DNA of 63,027 nucleotides, counting the filler, from Octopus bimaculoides (taxonomy: Eukaryota), in assembly GCF_001194135.2 (NCBI RefSeq). It is 3 parts of 3 records of this genome, joined end to end, with 100 filler letters (N's around TTAATTAATTAA, not from the genome) between each part and the next. Parts side by side here need not be neighbours in the genome. Positions count along the whole stretch, not along the records: positions 37,396 to 63,027 come from NC_068987.1; 2 more parts are not named here. The stretch is one strand, 5' to 3'. This document shows positions 40,762 through 51,269 of the stretch, one piece after another (position 1 is the stretch's first letter; the number at the start of each line of letters is the position of its first letter). A program made the position numbers and the translations under genes. The notes under the pieces are model-generated. The model was given only the letters and a program-made list of their open reading frames with translations, was not told the DNA's origin and did not search any database.

Positions 40762-40958
40762 GGTAGCAAGCTGGCAGAATCATTAGCAGTATTTTATCTG
40801 TCATCACATTCTGAGTTCAAATGCCGCCGGAGTCAACTTTGTCTTTCATCCTTTCGGGGTCGATAAATTAAGTACCAGTTATGCACTGGAGTCAATGTAA
40901 TTGACTGGTCGCCTCCCCAAAAATGTCAGGCATTATGCCTAAAGTAGACAGGATTATG
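40762..40958 (+). mobile_element. SINE family D
   Basis: AGCTGGCAGAATCATTAGC..TTCTGAGTTCAAATGCCGCC..TTTCATCCTTTCGGGGTCGATAAATTAAGTACCAG. Confidence 0.8.
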
Positions 40959-41214
40959 TTAGAAACCATACTGTTCATAGTTTGGCTCATTAGTGCAAGT
41001 TCTAGCTGCCCTTATGGCAGTTCAGTGATGCTGCTTATACAGACATGGTTGTCTGGTTCTGGGTTCCACTACTATAACCCTGGACTGATCAATGCCTTGA
41101 ATGAATTTGTTTGGTATACAGAGACAGTGTGGAAGCCCATCATATGTATCTTGTTTGTATTTGTCCCCAACAGCTTGACAGCCAGTGTTGGTTTGTTTAT
41201 ATCCTCATAACTTA

Positions 41215-41700
41215 CATTATTTAATTTGGACGGATGTTTCCTTATCTTGTTTGTTGTTACCAAGTTTCAGCTGATTTACTCTCCAGCCTTCATCAGGTGT
41301 CCTGGTAGAATTTTGAACCCAACTCGGGGTTCTCATTCCTGAGGTATTTTTTGCTGATATTAATATTATTATTATTATTTAGTCAAGACACTTGGAATCT
41401 TGGGGTTAGTAGCTTGTGCTCTTAACCATTATGTTATATACCTGTGGGCAATTATAGAGTGAATTTTAGGGATTATAAACCGAATATTTTTGTATCCTTC
41501 CTTAATACTGGTTCCCATATTCTACTCATATCTTCACTAGGTCTGCTAAGGAGGTTATTGTCCCCTAGCATATGTGCTGCCTCTTTTAGTTTCTGTATTT
41601 TCCAGTGGTGTTCTCTGTCTATTATTTTAACTTCATCCCACAGGGAAAGGTGGTCTGTTTTTCCATACATGATCAGCTATACCCGATTTTTCAACGAATA
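41215..41700 (-). mobile_element. Penelope-like element: GIY-YIG C-terminus and terminal region
   Basis: EKSGIADHVWK (frameshift) DHLSLWDEVKIIDREHHWKIQKLKEAAHM, followed downstream by CTGATGAAGGCTG...CAGCTGAAAC. Confidence 0.8.
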
Positions 41701-42070
41701 CTCTGCAATTTAATAAGAGATAATACATTCTTGGTTAAATTCCATTCAGGAATAAAAGATTTGTGCCACCGAGATCCAAATAACAGAAGAACCTTGTTGT
41801 GGATTATATCCTTTGTGGAATCAAAATTTAAAGAAACAAAAAACACATTTTACAAAATGGAAACAAACATATTTTCAAGAAACTTCAGGTATTTTTCATC
41901 ATCATTTAACACCCACTTTTCCATGCTTGCACAGGCCAGGTAGAATTTGCTGAGACTGATTTCTTCCAGTCAGATGCCTTGCCTGTCACCAACCCTCATT
42001 TGTTTCGAAGCATGGAAATATTTCTTGAAGGCCAGATGCGAGAAAAATACAAACACACACATATAAATAT

Positions 42071-42335
42071 ATCATCATCATTTAACGTCCACCTTCCATG
42101 CTGGCATGGGTTGGACGGTTTGACAGGAGCTGGCTGGGCATAAAGCCTGCACCAGACTTCTGTGTCTGGTTTGGCATGGTTTTTACGGCTGGATGCCCTT
42201 CCTGACACCAACCAACTACTCCAGAGTGGGCTGAGTGCCTTTTACATGGCACCAGCACAGGTGGTCAGTTTTGGCATGGTTTTTACAGCTGGATGCTCTT
42301 CCAAATGCCAACCACTTTACAGTGTGCTTTTGAAG
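42071..42335 (-). mobile_element. RTE 3' tail copies
   Basis: ATCATCATCATTTAACGTCCACCTTCCATGCTGGCATGGGTTGGACGGTTTGAC; a related fragment lies at 41895-42040. Confidence 0.8.
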
Positions 42336-42350
42336 TGGCACACACACAAG

Positions 42351-42500
42351 GGGTTTCTTTCAGTTTCTGTCTACCAAATTCACTCACATGAGCTTGGACA
42401 GCCCAGAGCTATAGAAAACATGCCAAGATACCATGCAGCAGGACTGAACCCAAAACCATATGGTTGCAAAGTGAACATCTTAACCACACAGCCATGCCAG
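42351..42500 (-). mobile_element. SINE family A, 5' half
   Basis: TTTCTTTCAGTTTCTGTCTACCAAATTCACTCAC..GGACTGAACCC..ACCACACAGCCATGCC. Confidence 0.7.
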
Positions 42501-42845
42501 TGCTCCATTCCTTTATATTTTACATTATATTTTTTATATATTCTTTTTCTTGGGTATTTTGTATCTTTATTGATATTCCATGAGACAAGATTTCAAAGCA
42601 AACATTAAAAAGACCGAGATATCATTTTCAAAAATCAATATTTATTTCTAATGAAATTAGGTTTTTCTAATTCAAGGAAATAATTTTACCAAGCATATAT
42701 TTTAAGCTGCAATAATTTGACAGGAACGTTCATATATCTATATAAAGTACAATTACAAATAACACCACAAACGGTCTCACAATAATAACATTTGACCAAG
42801 TTAGTGGTTATAGTGACACATACAAGTTTATATACAATATTGTAA

Positions 42846-43039
42846 TTTAGCCCCAGGTCCACCAATTGAGCCTATAATCCAGGTCAGATACCAGGATTGC
42901 TGCACAATCACCCAGTATTCCTACTGGCCACTACATACCTAGGACTACATTATCCAATGTAGCCCTTCTTTTGTCAAGATAGGAGGGTGTAATATAAGGG
43001 AGATTTAGTTACTCCTCATAGGAAACCTGTAGAGGATCC
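42846..43039 (-). mobile_element. Old repeat family E
   Basis: TTTAGCCCCAGGTC ... ACATTATCCAATGT ... GGGAGATTT ... TGTAGAGGATCC. Confidence 0.55.
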
Positions 43040-43275
43040 TTTGTAGGCTCATAAATAGAATGGTGATGAGAGTTCTGGAACAAAGTTTACAAAAATAACC
43101 TCCAACTTTTGTCAATCAAAGAGTGAAAAAATTTAAATATGAAGAATGTAATATGGAAATATTTCAGAATTGAAAATTTACATTTATGAAACTAAGTCTC
43201 AAATATTTTTTATCAGACATTCTCAATCGTATGTAACAGGTCATATACCATCTGTATAAATATATTTATGATTAG

Positions 43276-43504
43276 TTAAACCTTTTTTATAATAACCCAC
43301 CTGGGACAGCTCCTGGTTCTATGATACAAATTTCCTGTTTTGAAGAGATTTAAATTGAAACCTTCCATCAAAATTTCCCATTAATTTATGTTCCAAACGC
43401 CCAGTTTAATAATGACAAAGTTATTTAACTAAATTCTCCATTATACTCAGTATGAATTGAAACAGAGTGTATTTCAACAGAAATATTGTAACAAGACGGG
43501 TCAA
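43276..43504. mobile_element. Degenerate piggyBac-like MITE
   Basis: Ends TTAAACCTTTT... and ...GACGGGTCAA approximate TTAA-CCC/GGG-TTAA termini. Confidence 0.4.
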
Positions 43505-43666
43505 TGCATTGGTCCTTGGCAATGTTATACTACGTCTATCATAGTATAACTTATCAACAGCATGAATATATTGGTGACCAAATTAAATGTTTTACCAGAT
43601 ATTACAAGTATGAGAACAATTATATACATGCCACACAGCAAATTAATTTTTTGTCTCTAAGTTCTC

Positions 43667-43895
43667 AAAAGGGGTCCATAGAAAATTTAGTTAAAACTTA
43701 GGTGCAATAAATTGCTTATATTTCTAAAATACATGAAATATTTTAACAATTTTTAAAATTCAATTCCCAATATTTAATTATAAAGATATAATAGGATCTT
43801 TCAAACATTGAATTGTTATGGGGGTGGGTCTACCTGAGTAAAACAGGAATCAAAGAGATCCACAGGCAAAAAAAAAAAATGGTTGAGAACCACTG
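43667..43895. mobile_element. hAT (MER5/Charlie-like) MITE with an intact right end
   Basis: Terminal GGTTGAGAACCACTG at 43881-43895; left end degenerate (GTTCTCAAAAGGGGTCCATA). Confidence 0.6.
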
Positions 43896-44298
43896 TTGTA
43901 GAAGAATATATTTAGTCTTCTTCTAAACTGACTTTGGAGTAAAAATTTTATGAAGTTCACAAAATGTCTGACAACTTTGGGAACATATATTCAATCTAGC
44001 TGAGTTTCATTTAGTTTAGATGCTTTCAGGACTTTGCAGGTTTAGTTTTACACATTGTACAATCTACGTTAATGATTAATTACAGATAACTTAGATAGAT
44101 ATAGTCAATTTAACTAAAAGGAATATGTGACAGTGATGTTTATATATTAGTCAGGCCTTGGAAGATAGATAGATCAGTGGATGTTACTTCAATGATCTTT
44201 ACAGGAAGGAGGTAGTAAGAAACAAGTGTTTAAAGAAAGAGGACAATACGAGATCATAGATGATTGAGGTCTAACATCATCAGAAACTTCAAGGGTTT

Positions 44299-44506
44299 CT
44301 TAAAGGCGGTGAGCTGGCAGAATCGTTAGCATGCCGGGCGAAATGCTTAGCGGTATTTCGTCTGCCGTTACGTTCTGAGTTCAACTTTGCCTTTCATCCT
44401 TTCGGAATCGATAAATTAAGTACCAGTTATGCACTGGGGTCGATGTAATCGACTTAATCCCTTTGTTCGTCCCCTCTATGTTTAGCCCCTTGTGGGCAAT
44501 AAAGAA
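44299..44506 (+). mobile_element. SINE family D with a perfect 20-bp TSD
   Basis: ATCAGAAACTTCAAGGGTTT at 44279-44298 and 44507-44526. Confidence 0.95.
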
Positions 44507-44687
44507 ATCAGAAACTTCAAGGGTTTTAATTCTGTATTGTTCAGGACCAGTGAAGATGGTGACCAAGACGGATCTTCTTGAAGAGACTAAACTGGGCAGT
44601 CACACAACTCATCCGAGGACCTTTCCGTGCATTGCCTCTTCACAGAGGCAATGCACGGCTGATAGCTGCTGCTTAGGTGGTACATTG

Positions 44688-45071
44688 TGGAGGGGCAATG
44701 GCCCAGTGGTTAGGGCAGCGGACTCGCGCTCATAGGATCACGGTCTCGATTCCCAGACCGGGCGTTGTGAGTGTTTATTGAGCGAAAACACCTAAAGCTC
44801 CACAAGGCTCCGGCAGAGGATGGTGGCGAACCCTGCTGTACTCTTTCACCACAACTTCCTCTCACCTTTACTTCCTGTTTCTGTTGTGCCTGTAATTCAA
44901 AGGGTCAGCCTTGTCACACTGTGTCACGCTGAATATCCCCGAGACCTACGTTAAGGGTACACGTGTCTGTGGAGTGCTCAGCCACTTGCACGTTAATTTC
45001 ACGAGCAGGCTGTTCCGTTGATCGGATCAACTGGAATCCCCCTCGTCGTCGTAACCGACGGAGTGCCAACC
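44688..45071 (+). mobile_element. tRNA-derived SINE family C, full length
   Basis: A-box TGGCCCAGTGG, B-box-like GGTCTCGATTCCC; 13-bp TSD AGGT(G/T)GTACATTG at 44675-44687 and 45072-45084. Confidence 0.9.
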
Positions 45072-45089
45072 AGGTTGTACATTGATGCT

Positions 45090-45760
45090 GTTGTATATAT
45101 ATATGAAGAAAATGCGTGGGTGACACAACTAAACCTTGGAGTACACCAGAGTTTATAGAATATGAATCAGGTGGTTTTTGACAATACATGTTGTAATGGT
45201 CTGACAGAAATCCAAGGAATGAAAGATAGATGGAGACTATATGTGGACAACTAAGGCAGGAGGTTCTCATTCCAAACATGATTGAGAGAATTACCAACTT
45301 CGAGTACCACAATTTTTGCTTTCGATAGTTCTCAAGAGCAGCAAGAACAGGTGAATGATAGACAAAAGCAAGTCTCCATTTTAAGTGGTTCTGCAGAAAT
45401 TGTATGAAGATGAATGTCCACGAAGGAGTTGTTTGTAATTGAGTCAATCTTCATTGAGGTGCTAAGAGAGAGAGAGAGAAGGGGAGGGAGAAAGAGAGAG
45501 AGAGAACGATATGTTAGTCAGCAGAGACATGATTTTAGCTAAAGGGATAAACTGCTGCATGTTTCCATGGGTTGTGACAGAGGCTTGTAGATAGATGGAG
45601 TCTGATAAGGACTGGATGTAGTTCTGAAATGCCTTGGTTGAGAGTGATGAAAAGAACAAGGTCAGTATTAATTGCCAATCTTGGGTTATGAAGTAATGAA
45701 AGAACATTTTAAGGATCTCGTTGGTTTGGCTGCCAACATCAATTTCTGTTTCAACTGATT
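45090..45760 (-). mobile_element. CR1/L2-group reverse transcriptase fossil
   Basis: WKHAAVYP and SYSINSGVLQGLVVSPTHF (SGVPQGS.LSPTLF) motifs, with disablements. Confidence 0.75.
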
Positions 45761-46569
45761 TCATATTCAGTGTAATGATACGCTTTTATAGGCCAATGAG
45801 TGATGTGACAATCATTTTCACTATAAATCAATAGATAAAGAGTTATTAGCAATTAAAGTTTGAAAATTTGGGGTAATTTTAGCCAATTGTAAGCCACAGG
45901 TACATTCATGCCTGTTTCCATAGTAACAAACAAAGCATAAGAACTCTTTTTGTTAATGAGAAAGTATGTGTGTTGACAAATATATTCTACACAATGCCAT
46001 GTGCCTTGACGTGGTGTTCTGTTGCTTGTATCCTGGTCGTGAGATGTGCTAAAAATAACAGCTAAATAGGCCTTGAGTCACACCTATTGCATAATCGTAC
46101 AAATTCCTGTGTGTAGAGTACAAATTCGTAAAAATTTTCTGCAAATTCCATATTTAAAAAAAAAGTCATGAAGGGTGAAATGTCGTATGTTAAGGAGAAT
46201 GTGATTAGTTTACAGTTTCATATAAAAACGTGTGCTATTTTCATAATGTTGACAATACGTGTAGTTACACACAAAATGACAGCTTCCAAATTCTGTTTCC
46301 TGACTGGGTGAAAATGATCAAACTTTAAACCTCTATAACTTATTAAAAACGTATACCAGAAAAAAGTGAAATAACTCCAACAATTCAGCTTGGAAAAGTA
46401 TATTTAAAAATTTTCGATAAACTTTAAATTTTGAAATGCTGGCAGCCAAACCAACTAGACCCCATTTTTACACACGATAACTGGTGGTAAAATGGGGGAC
46501 TTTGAAGGGGTTTTGTTGATGTGAGCAGTGTGTATTTGGAAATGATACGAGCAACAAAGATGGAGGTTT

Positions 46570-48606
46570 TCACATTGGGTGCGCTAACAGAGGCATCTTG
46601 GTTGGAGAATGGTGGGTTGGAGGATTCCATGAACTCTCTTGGTGAGGGACCAGATGGCTTTGCTGGAGTTTGGGAGGTGAGAGAACTTCCAGACTGCTTT
46701 TCTGAGGGTGAATATTTAAAGTAGTTTTAGGTGAAACTTGTTTATCACAGGTAACTAAATCACTTGTGTGCGTAAATTTATGCCGAGTTAAAATTTTACT
46801 TGCAGAGAATGCTTTGCCGCAGATATCACATGGATATGGTTTTTCTCCTGTGTGAATACGTTTGTGAAGTGTCAAATATTCATTTCGAGAGAATGTCTTG
46901 TTACATACATCACAATGGTAATCACCTGTGTGGATATGTTTATGTCTAATTAAATACCTCTTTTGTGCAAATATTTTACCACAGATATCACATTGATGTG
47001 GTTTCTCTGAGTGAATATCTTTCTGAGAAGTTAGATTTTCACTTTCAGGGTATGTTTTATCACAAATCTCATCAGTCTGGGGAGGTTTGAAGTCTTTATG
47101 AATATGTTTGTGCCTAATCAAATATCTCTTTCGTGCAAATATTTTACCACAGATATCACACGAATATGGTTTCTCACTTGTGTGCATATGCTTGTGAAGA
47201 GTTAAGTTTGCAAGTAGAGAGAATGTTTTACCACAAATGTCACATTTGAATGGTTTCTTACTTGTGTGAATATGTTTGTGTCTAATTAAATATCTCTTCA
47301 GTGAAAATATTTTACCACAGATATCACATTGGTGAGCTTTCTCTGAGTGAATATGTTTATGAGAATTTAAATTTTCATTCGTAGTGAACTTTTTACCACA
47401 TATGTCACACTGGTAAGGCTTTTCAACAGTGTGAGTAAGTTTGTGACGTCTTAAATCTCCAGTTATAGAAAATCTTCTATCACAGATATCACAGTGGTAT
47501 GGTTTCTCACCTGTGTGAACACTTCGGTGATTTGTTAAATGCCCATTCTGAGCAAATGTCTTTTTACAGATTTCACACTGATATGGTTTCTCGTTTGAAT
47601 GAATACGTTTATGACAAGATAAATTTCCAGTTGTTGAGAAAGTCTTACCACAGATATTACACTCGTATGGCCTCTCACCTGTATGTTTACGCTTATGACA
47701 TGTTAGATTTGCACTTCCAGAGAATCTCTTACCACAGATCTCACATTCATATGGTTTTTCCCCTGTATGAATACGTCTGTGACGTTTCAAGTAATCTTTG
47801 CGAGAGAATGTTTTATCACAGGTATCACATTGGAAGTGTTTCTCTCCCGTGTGAATAAGTTTATGAGAAGTTAAATACCCACTCTGAGAGAATGCTTTAC
47901 CACACACATCACATTCGTATGGTCTTTCATTGGTGTGAATACGTTTATGGATAGTTAATGGTTTACTTTTGGAAAATGTTTTCCCACAAACATTACAGTG
48001 ATATGGTTTCTCATCGATGTGAATATGTTTATGGATGGCTAATGTTTTCCTTTTAGAAAATGCTTTATTACATATATCACAACGGTACGGTTTTTTATCT
48101 GAGTGAGTCTGAATATGAGAAGATAACTCTTCGAACTTCAAAAACGCTTTAGGACAAATCTCACAACGGTATGGTTTTTCTTCCGTATGTGAATGTTTGT
48201 GACGAGTTAAATTAGTTTTCAGTGAGAATTTTTTACCACAGACGTTGCACACATATGGTTTCTCACTTGCGTAGGTACATGTATGACAAGCTAATTTTGT
48301 AATGTCAGGAAATGTTTTACCACAGACATCACAGAAGTAGGGCTTTTCTTTTTCATGTGTTTGCTTGTGACGAGTTAAAATTGTTTTTCGTGAGAACTTT
48401 TTACCACAAACATTGCATAGGTGTGCATTATCTTCGGTGTGGATATGTTTGTGATTAGTCAAACTGTCAATGTCAGAGAATATTTTAAAACATATGTTAC
48501 AGGTGTGCAATTTTTTTGCTACATTCAATTGGTCCTCATGGGATAAATCTTTCTTATCAGATGATGTTTCATTATGAACCTGGTTCTCACATGCTGTTTT
48601 CTCCAT
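46570..48606 (-). CDS. Poly-C2H2 zinc-finger protein, 678 aa, single coding exon
   Basis: Uninterrupted ORF with 19 canonical C-x2-C-x12-H-x3-H fingers, 2 degenerate fingers (3 and 18) and TGEKPY-type linkers. An in-frame TGA lies 15 nt upstream of the ATG. No KRAB, BTB, ZAD or SCAN-like N-terminus is recognisable. Confidence 0.95.
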   Translation of the reverse strand: MEKTACENQVHNETSSDKKDLSHEDQLNVAKKLHTCNICFKIFSDIDSLTNHKHIHTEDNAHLCNVCGKKFSRKTILTRHKQTHEKEKPYFCDVCGKTFPDITKLACHTCTYASEKPYVCNVCGKKFSLKTNLTRHKHSHTEEKPYRCEICPKAFLKFEELSSHIQTHSDKKPYRCDICNKAFSKRKTLAIHKHIHIDEKPYHCNVCGKTFSKSKPLTIHKRIHTNERPYECDVCGKAFSQSGYLTSHKLIHTGEKHFQCDTCDKTFSRKDYLKRHRRIHTGEKPYECEICGKRFSGSANLTCHKRKHTGERPYECNICGKTFSTTGNLSCHKRIHSNEKPYQCEICKKTFAQNGHLTNHRSVHTGEKPYHCDICDRRFSITGDLRRHKLTHTVEKPYQCDICGKKFTTNENLNSHKHIHSEKAHQCDICGKIFSLKRYLIRHKHIHTSKKPFKCDICGKTFSLLANLTLHKHMHTSEKPYSCDICGKIFARKRYLIRHKHIHKDFKPPQTDEICDKTYPESENLTSQKDIHSEKPHQCDICGKIFAQKRYLIRHKHIHTGDYHCDVCNKTFSRNEYLTLHKRIHTGEKPYPCDICGKAFSASKILTRHKFTHTSDLVTCDKQVSPKTTLNIHPQKSSLEVLSPPKLQQSHLVPHQESSWNPPTHHSPTKMPLLAHPM

Positions 48607-48751
48607 GATGTTGTTTACTGCTCATTCAACACAGATGTAATATCTTTCCTTATAATTTCATTAAATTACTTCAAATTTCAGTTGATACCAGATGTTGCTT
48701 TTATAAAGCCATTCTTCATGTGTTCCTTTACGTGTCTTTTGTGAGGAATTT

Positions 48752-48770
48752 CCTGAAATGATAAACAGTA
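48752..48770 (-). other. Probable splice acceptor of the ZNF coding exon (exon starts at 48752)
   Basis: Minus strand reads CTGTTTATCATTTCAG|GAAATT, 146 nt upstream of the ATG; implies a non-coding upstream exon. Confidence 0.55.
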
Positions 48771-48849
48771 TAAGTAAAAAAGAAATCTAACAACTGCTTG
48801 TACTGCTGTTAAGTCTTACTTTCTGGAGACAGAATATATTTTATTGACC

Positions 48850-49000
48850 CATCATCATTTAATGGTGGTTTCCCATGTTGGCAAGCTCTAATGTAAGGTT
48901 TGACATGGTTTTTATGGTAGGATGCCCTTCCTAATGCCAACCACTTTACAGTGTGTATTGGATGCTTATTCCATGATAGTGGCAACAGTGAGGCCTTCAA
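48850..49000 (-). mobile_element. Old RTE-like tail
   Basis: CATCATTTAATG..GGATGCCCTTCCTAATGCCAACCACTTTACAG. Confidence 0.65.
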
Positions 49001-49262
49001 GTAACTTGCAAGAAAAGGAAAAAGCTCCCTCAAAAAGAGTGGGGTGTATCTAAGAGGGTGAGGTGGCCTTATTCCAGGTGCTTAGAGAATGAAGTATGAT
49101 TGAGCGACAAGCTCAGGATTTTGACCATGGAGGAGCTACATGGCTACTCTGTGATATATAAGGGTGGGAGCAGCATACCAGTTTGAATACTCAACCTGCA
49201 GAGGGTGAGCAGAAACGTAATGAAACTATCTTCTGAAAAAATCTTTATTCAACTTTCAGGAT

Positions 49263-49660
49263 GTGCCGATCTCTGACTGTGGAGGGAACCTGTGGCAGAG
49301 ATAGATCCAGGAATACATGGGATGAAGTAGTGAAACATGATCTTTGAACTTTGGGCCTCACAGAGGCAATGATTAGTGACCGAGACCTTTGGTGATATGC
49401 TGTGCTTGAGAAGACCTGTCAAGCCAAGTGAGATCATAGCTACTTATACCTGTGTCTCAGTCAGACTCTCTTTACCCCCACTGAACTTCAACAGTGCCCT
49501 TGGAAAGCTATTCTGCCAAGGTCTTCTCCACAGATGCCACCTGAAAAGGGGAAATTATTTCCTGTCAGATTGGGGTCTGGTGCAGCCTCCTGGCTTATGA
49601 GTCCCCAGTCAAACCGTCCAACCCATGCCAGCATGGAAAACAAACGTTAAACGATGATGA
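49263..49660 (+). mobile_element. RTE LINE 3' end (ORF C-terminus, UTR and GAT tail)
   Basis: CRSLTVEGTCGRDRSRNTWDEVVKHDL*TLGLTEAMISDRDLW*YAVLEKTCQAK*; tail ends GTTAAACGATGATGA. Confidence 0.85.
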
Positions 49661-49747
49661 CTTCTTTCAACCCTTCCAACCAATCAACTCAGTTAATTCT
49701 CCAAACAAATACTGAGTTTCATAGCTATAATGATCTCTTTCATGACA

Positions 49748-50240
49748 ATCATCATCACCGATGTTTAACGTCCGCTTTCCATGCTGGCATGGGTTGGACG
49801 GTTTGACTGAGGACTGGTGAACCAGAAGGATGCACCAGGCTCAATCTGATCTGGCAAAGTNNNNNNNNNNTGAACCAGAAGGATGCACCAGGCTCAATCT
49901 GATCTGGCAAAGTTTCTACAGCTGGATGCCCTTCCTAACACCAACCACTCAGAGAGTGTAGTGGGTGCTCACAAGGGCCAGTCAGACGGTTCTGGCAATG
50001 ACCATGCTCAAAAGGTATTTTTTATATGCTACCTGCACAGGAGCCAGTCCGGCGACATTGGCAACGACCATGCTCGAATGTTGCCGGCAATGCGATGATT
50101 GCAACGATCACGTTCAAATGGTGCTTTTTACGTGCCACCAGCATGGGAGCCAATCCATGGCCCTGGGAACGATCACACTTGGATGTGCATTTAATGTTCC
50201 ACTGGCACGAGTGCCAATCAAGTTGGTACTGTCATCGGCC
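49748..50240 (-). mobile_element. RTE 3' UTR/tail
   Basis: TTTAACGTCCGCTTTCCATGCTGGCATGGGTTGGACGGTTTGACTG; contains a 10-N gap with overlapping flanks. Confidence 0.85.
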
Positions 50241-50379
50241 AAGGTCAGAAAATACTTTAGCCCTGTTCAGGAGCGGATTCATAACAAAACTTAAAATGAT
50301 ATTTCCTTCATAACCAAACCTCTGAAATCAGGAGCATGCTGTGCCGTCTTGGTTGACAGAGCCCAGCCAGACTAAAACT

Positions 50380-50708
50380 ATATATGTATTTCTTAGGACG
50401 GTGAACCTTTCAGATGAGATGCCAAAGGACCGAGACACCTGGTGCATTGCTCTACTCCACAGCAGAGGTATTAAGGCCACTCCCCCTGGTGAAGAGGATT
50501 GGGCAGCAAGAGTCCTGGGCCGGTGTCACGTAAAAGCACCCAACACACTCTATTAAGTGGTTGGCATTAGGAAGGGCATTAATGCACAGAAACCATACCA
50601 AATCAGAGTGGAGCTTGATGCAGCTCTCTAGCTTGCTAGCTCTAGTCAAACCATCCAACCCATGCTAGCATGGAAAACAGATGGTAAAGGATGATGATGA
50701 TGATGATA
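50380..50708 (+). mobile_element. RTE 3' end with (GAT)n tail
   Basis: GACCGAGACACCTGG..CACGTAAAAGCACC..GTCAAACCATCCAACCCATGCTAGCATGGAAAA..GATGATGATGATG. Confidence 0.8.
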
Positions 50709-51269
50709 TTAAATATAAAAAAATTATTTCCAATTTGTTATAAAATATTAACTTAATGCATAGAATTCAGTAAATGGTTCCCATTTTGATGTTAGCTGTC
50801 TTTTAAATTCAATATATACATACTAATGGAAGACATAATTTATCCTATACGGTAGTAGTTGACACCAGAATGAAGTAAATATATCATGGAAACAGAAAAA
50901 TATCTGCTTATGCTCAGAATCATGACAATGAAGAGTGTAGATGTGTATGTTCTGGTTCTAATAATAGGGGTTCGTTTTAAGAGATTCTTTTAATCTCATG
51001 TGAAAGCACAGTACAGTTAATAAAACCTAGAATCAAAGGGCTTCAAAGTCAACTTAGCAAAGACCAACATCTTAATGAGCAGGAAAACAAACCTCTGTAT
51101 ACAACAAGGAAATCCCCTTGCTCGATTTGTCGAAAGGAGTTGGCAGAAACTCTGTATGGTGTAGTTAATGCTAAGGATACACAAAAGATGAGGCAGGCTG
51201 GCAGAGAAAACAGACTGCTTGTCACAGGCACTCAGGAGCAATAAACACTAAGAGCACAACAGGCTTTCT

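Noticed and set aside
47499-47858. 119-aa plus-strand ORF
   Set aside because: It is an antisense shadow of the repetitive zinc-finger codons.
49818-49913. 43-bp exact direct repeat
   Set aside because: It flanks a 10-N gap and is an unmerged contig overlap.
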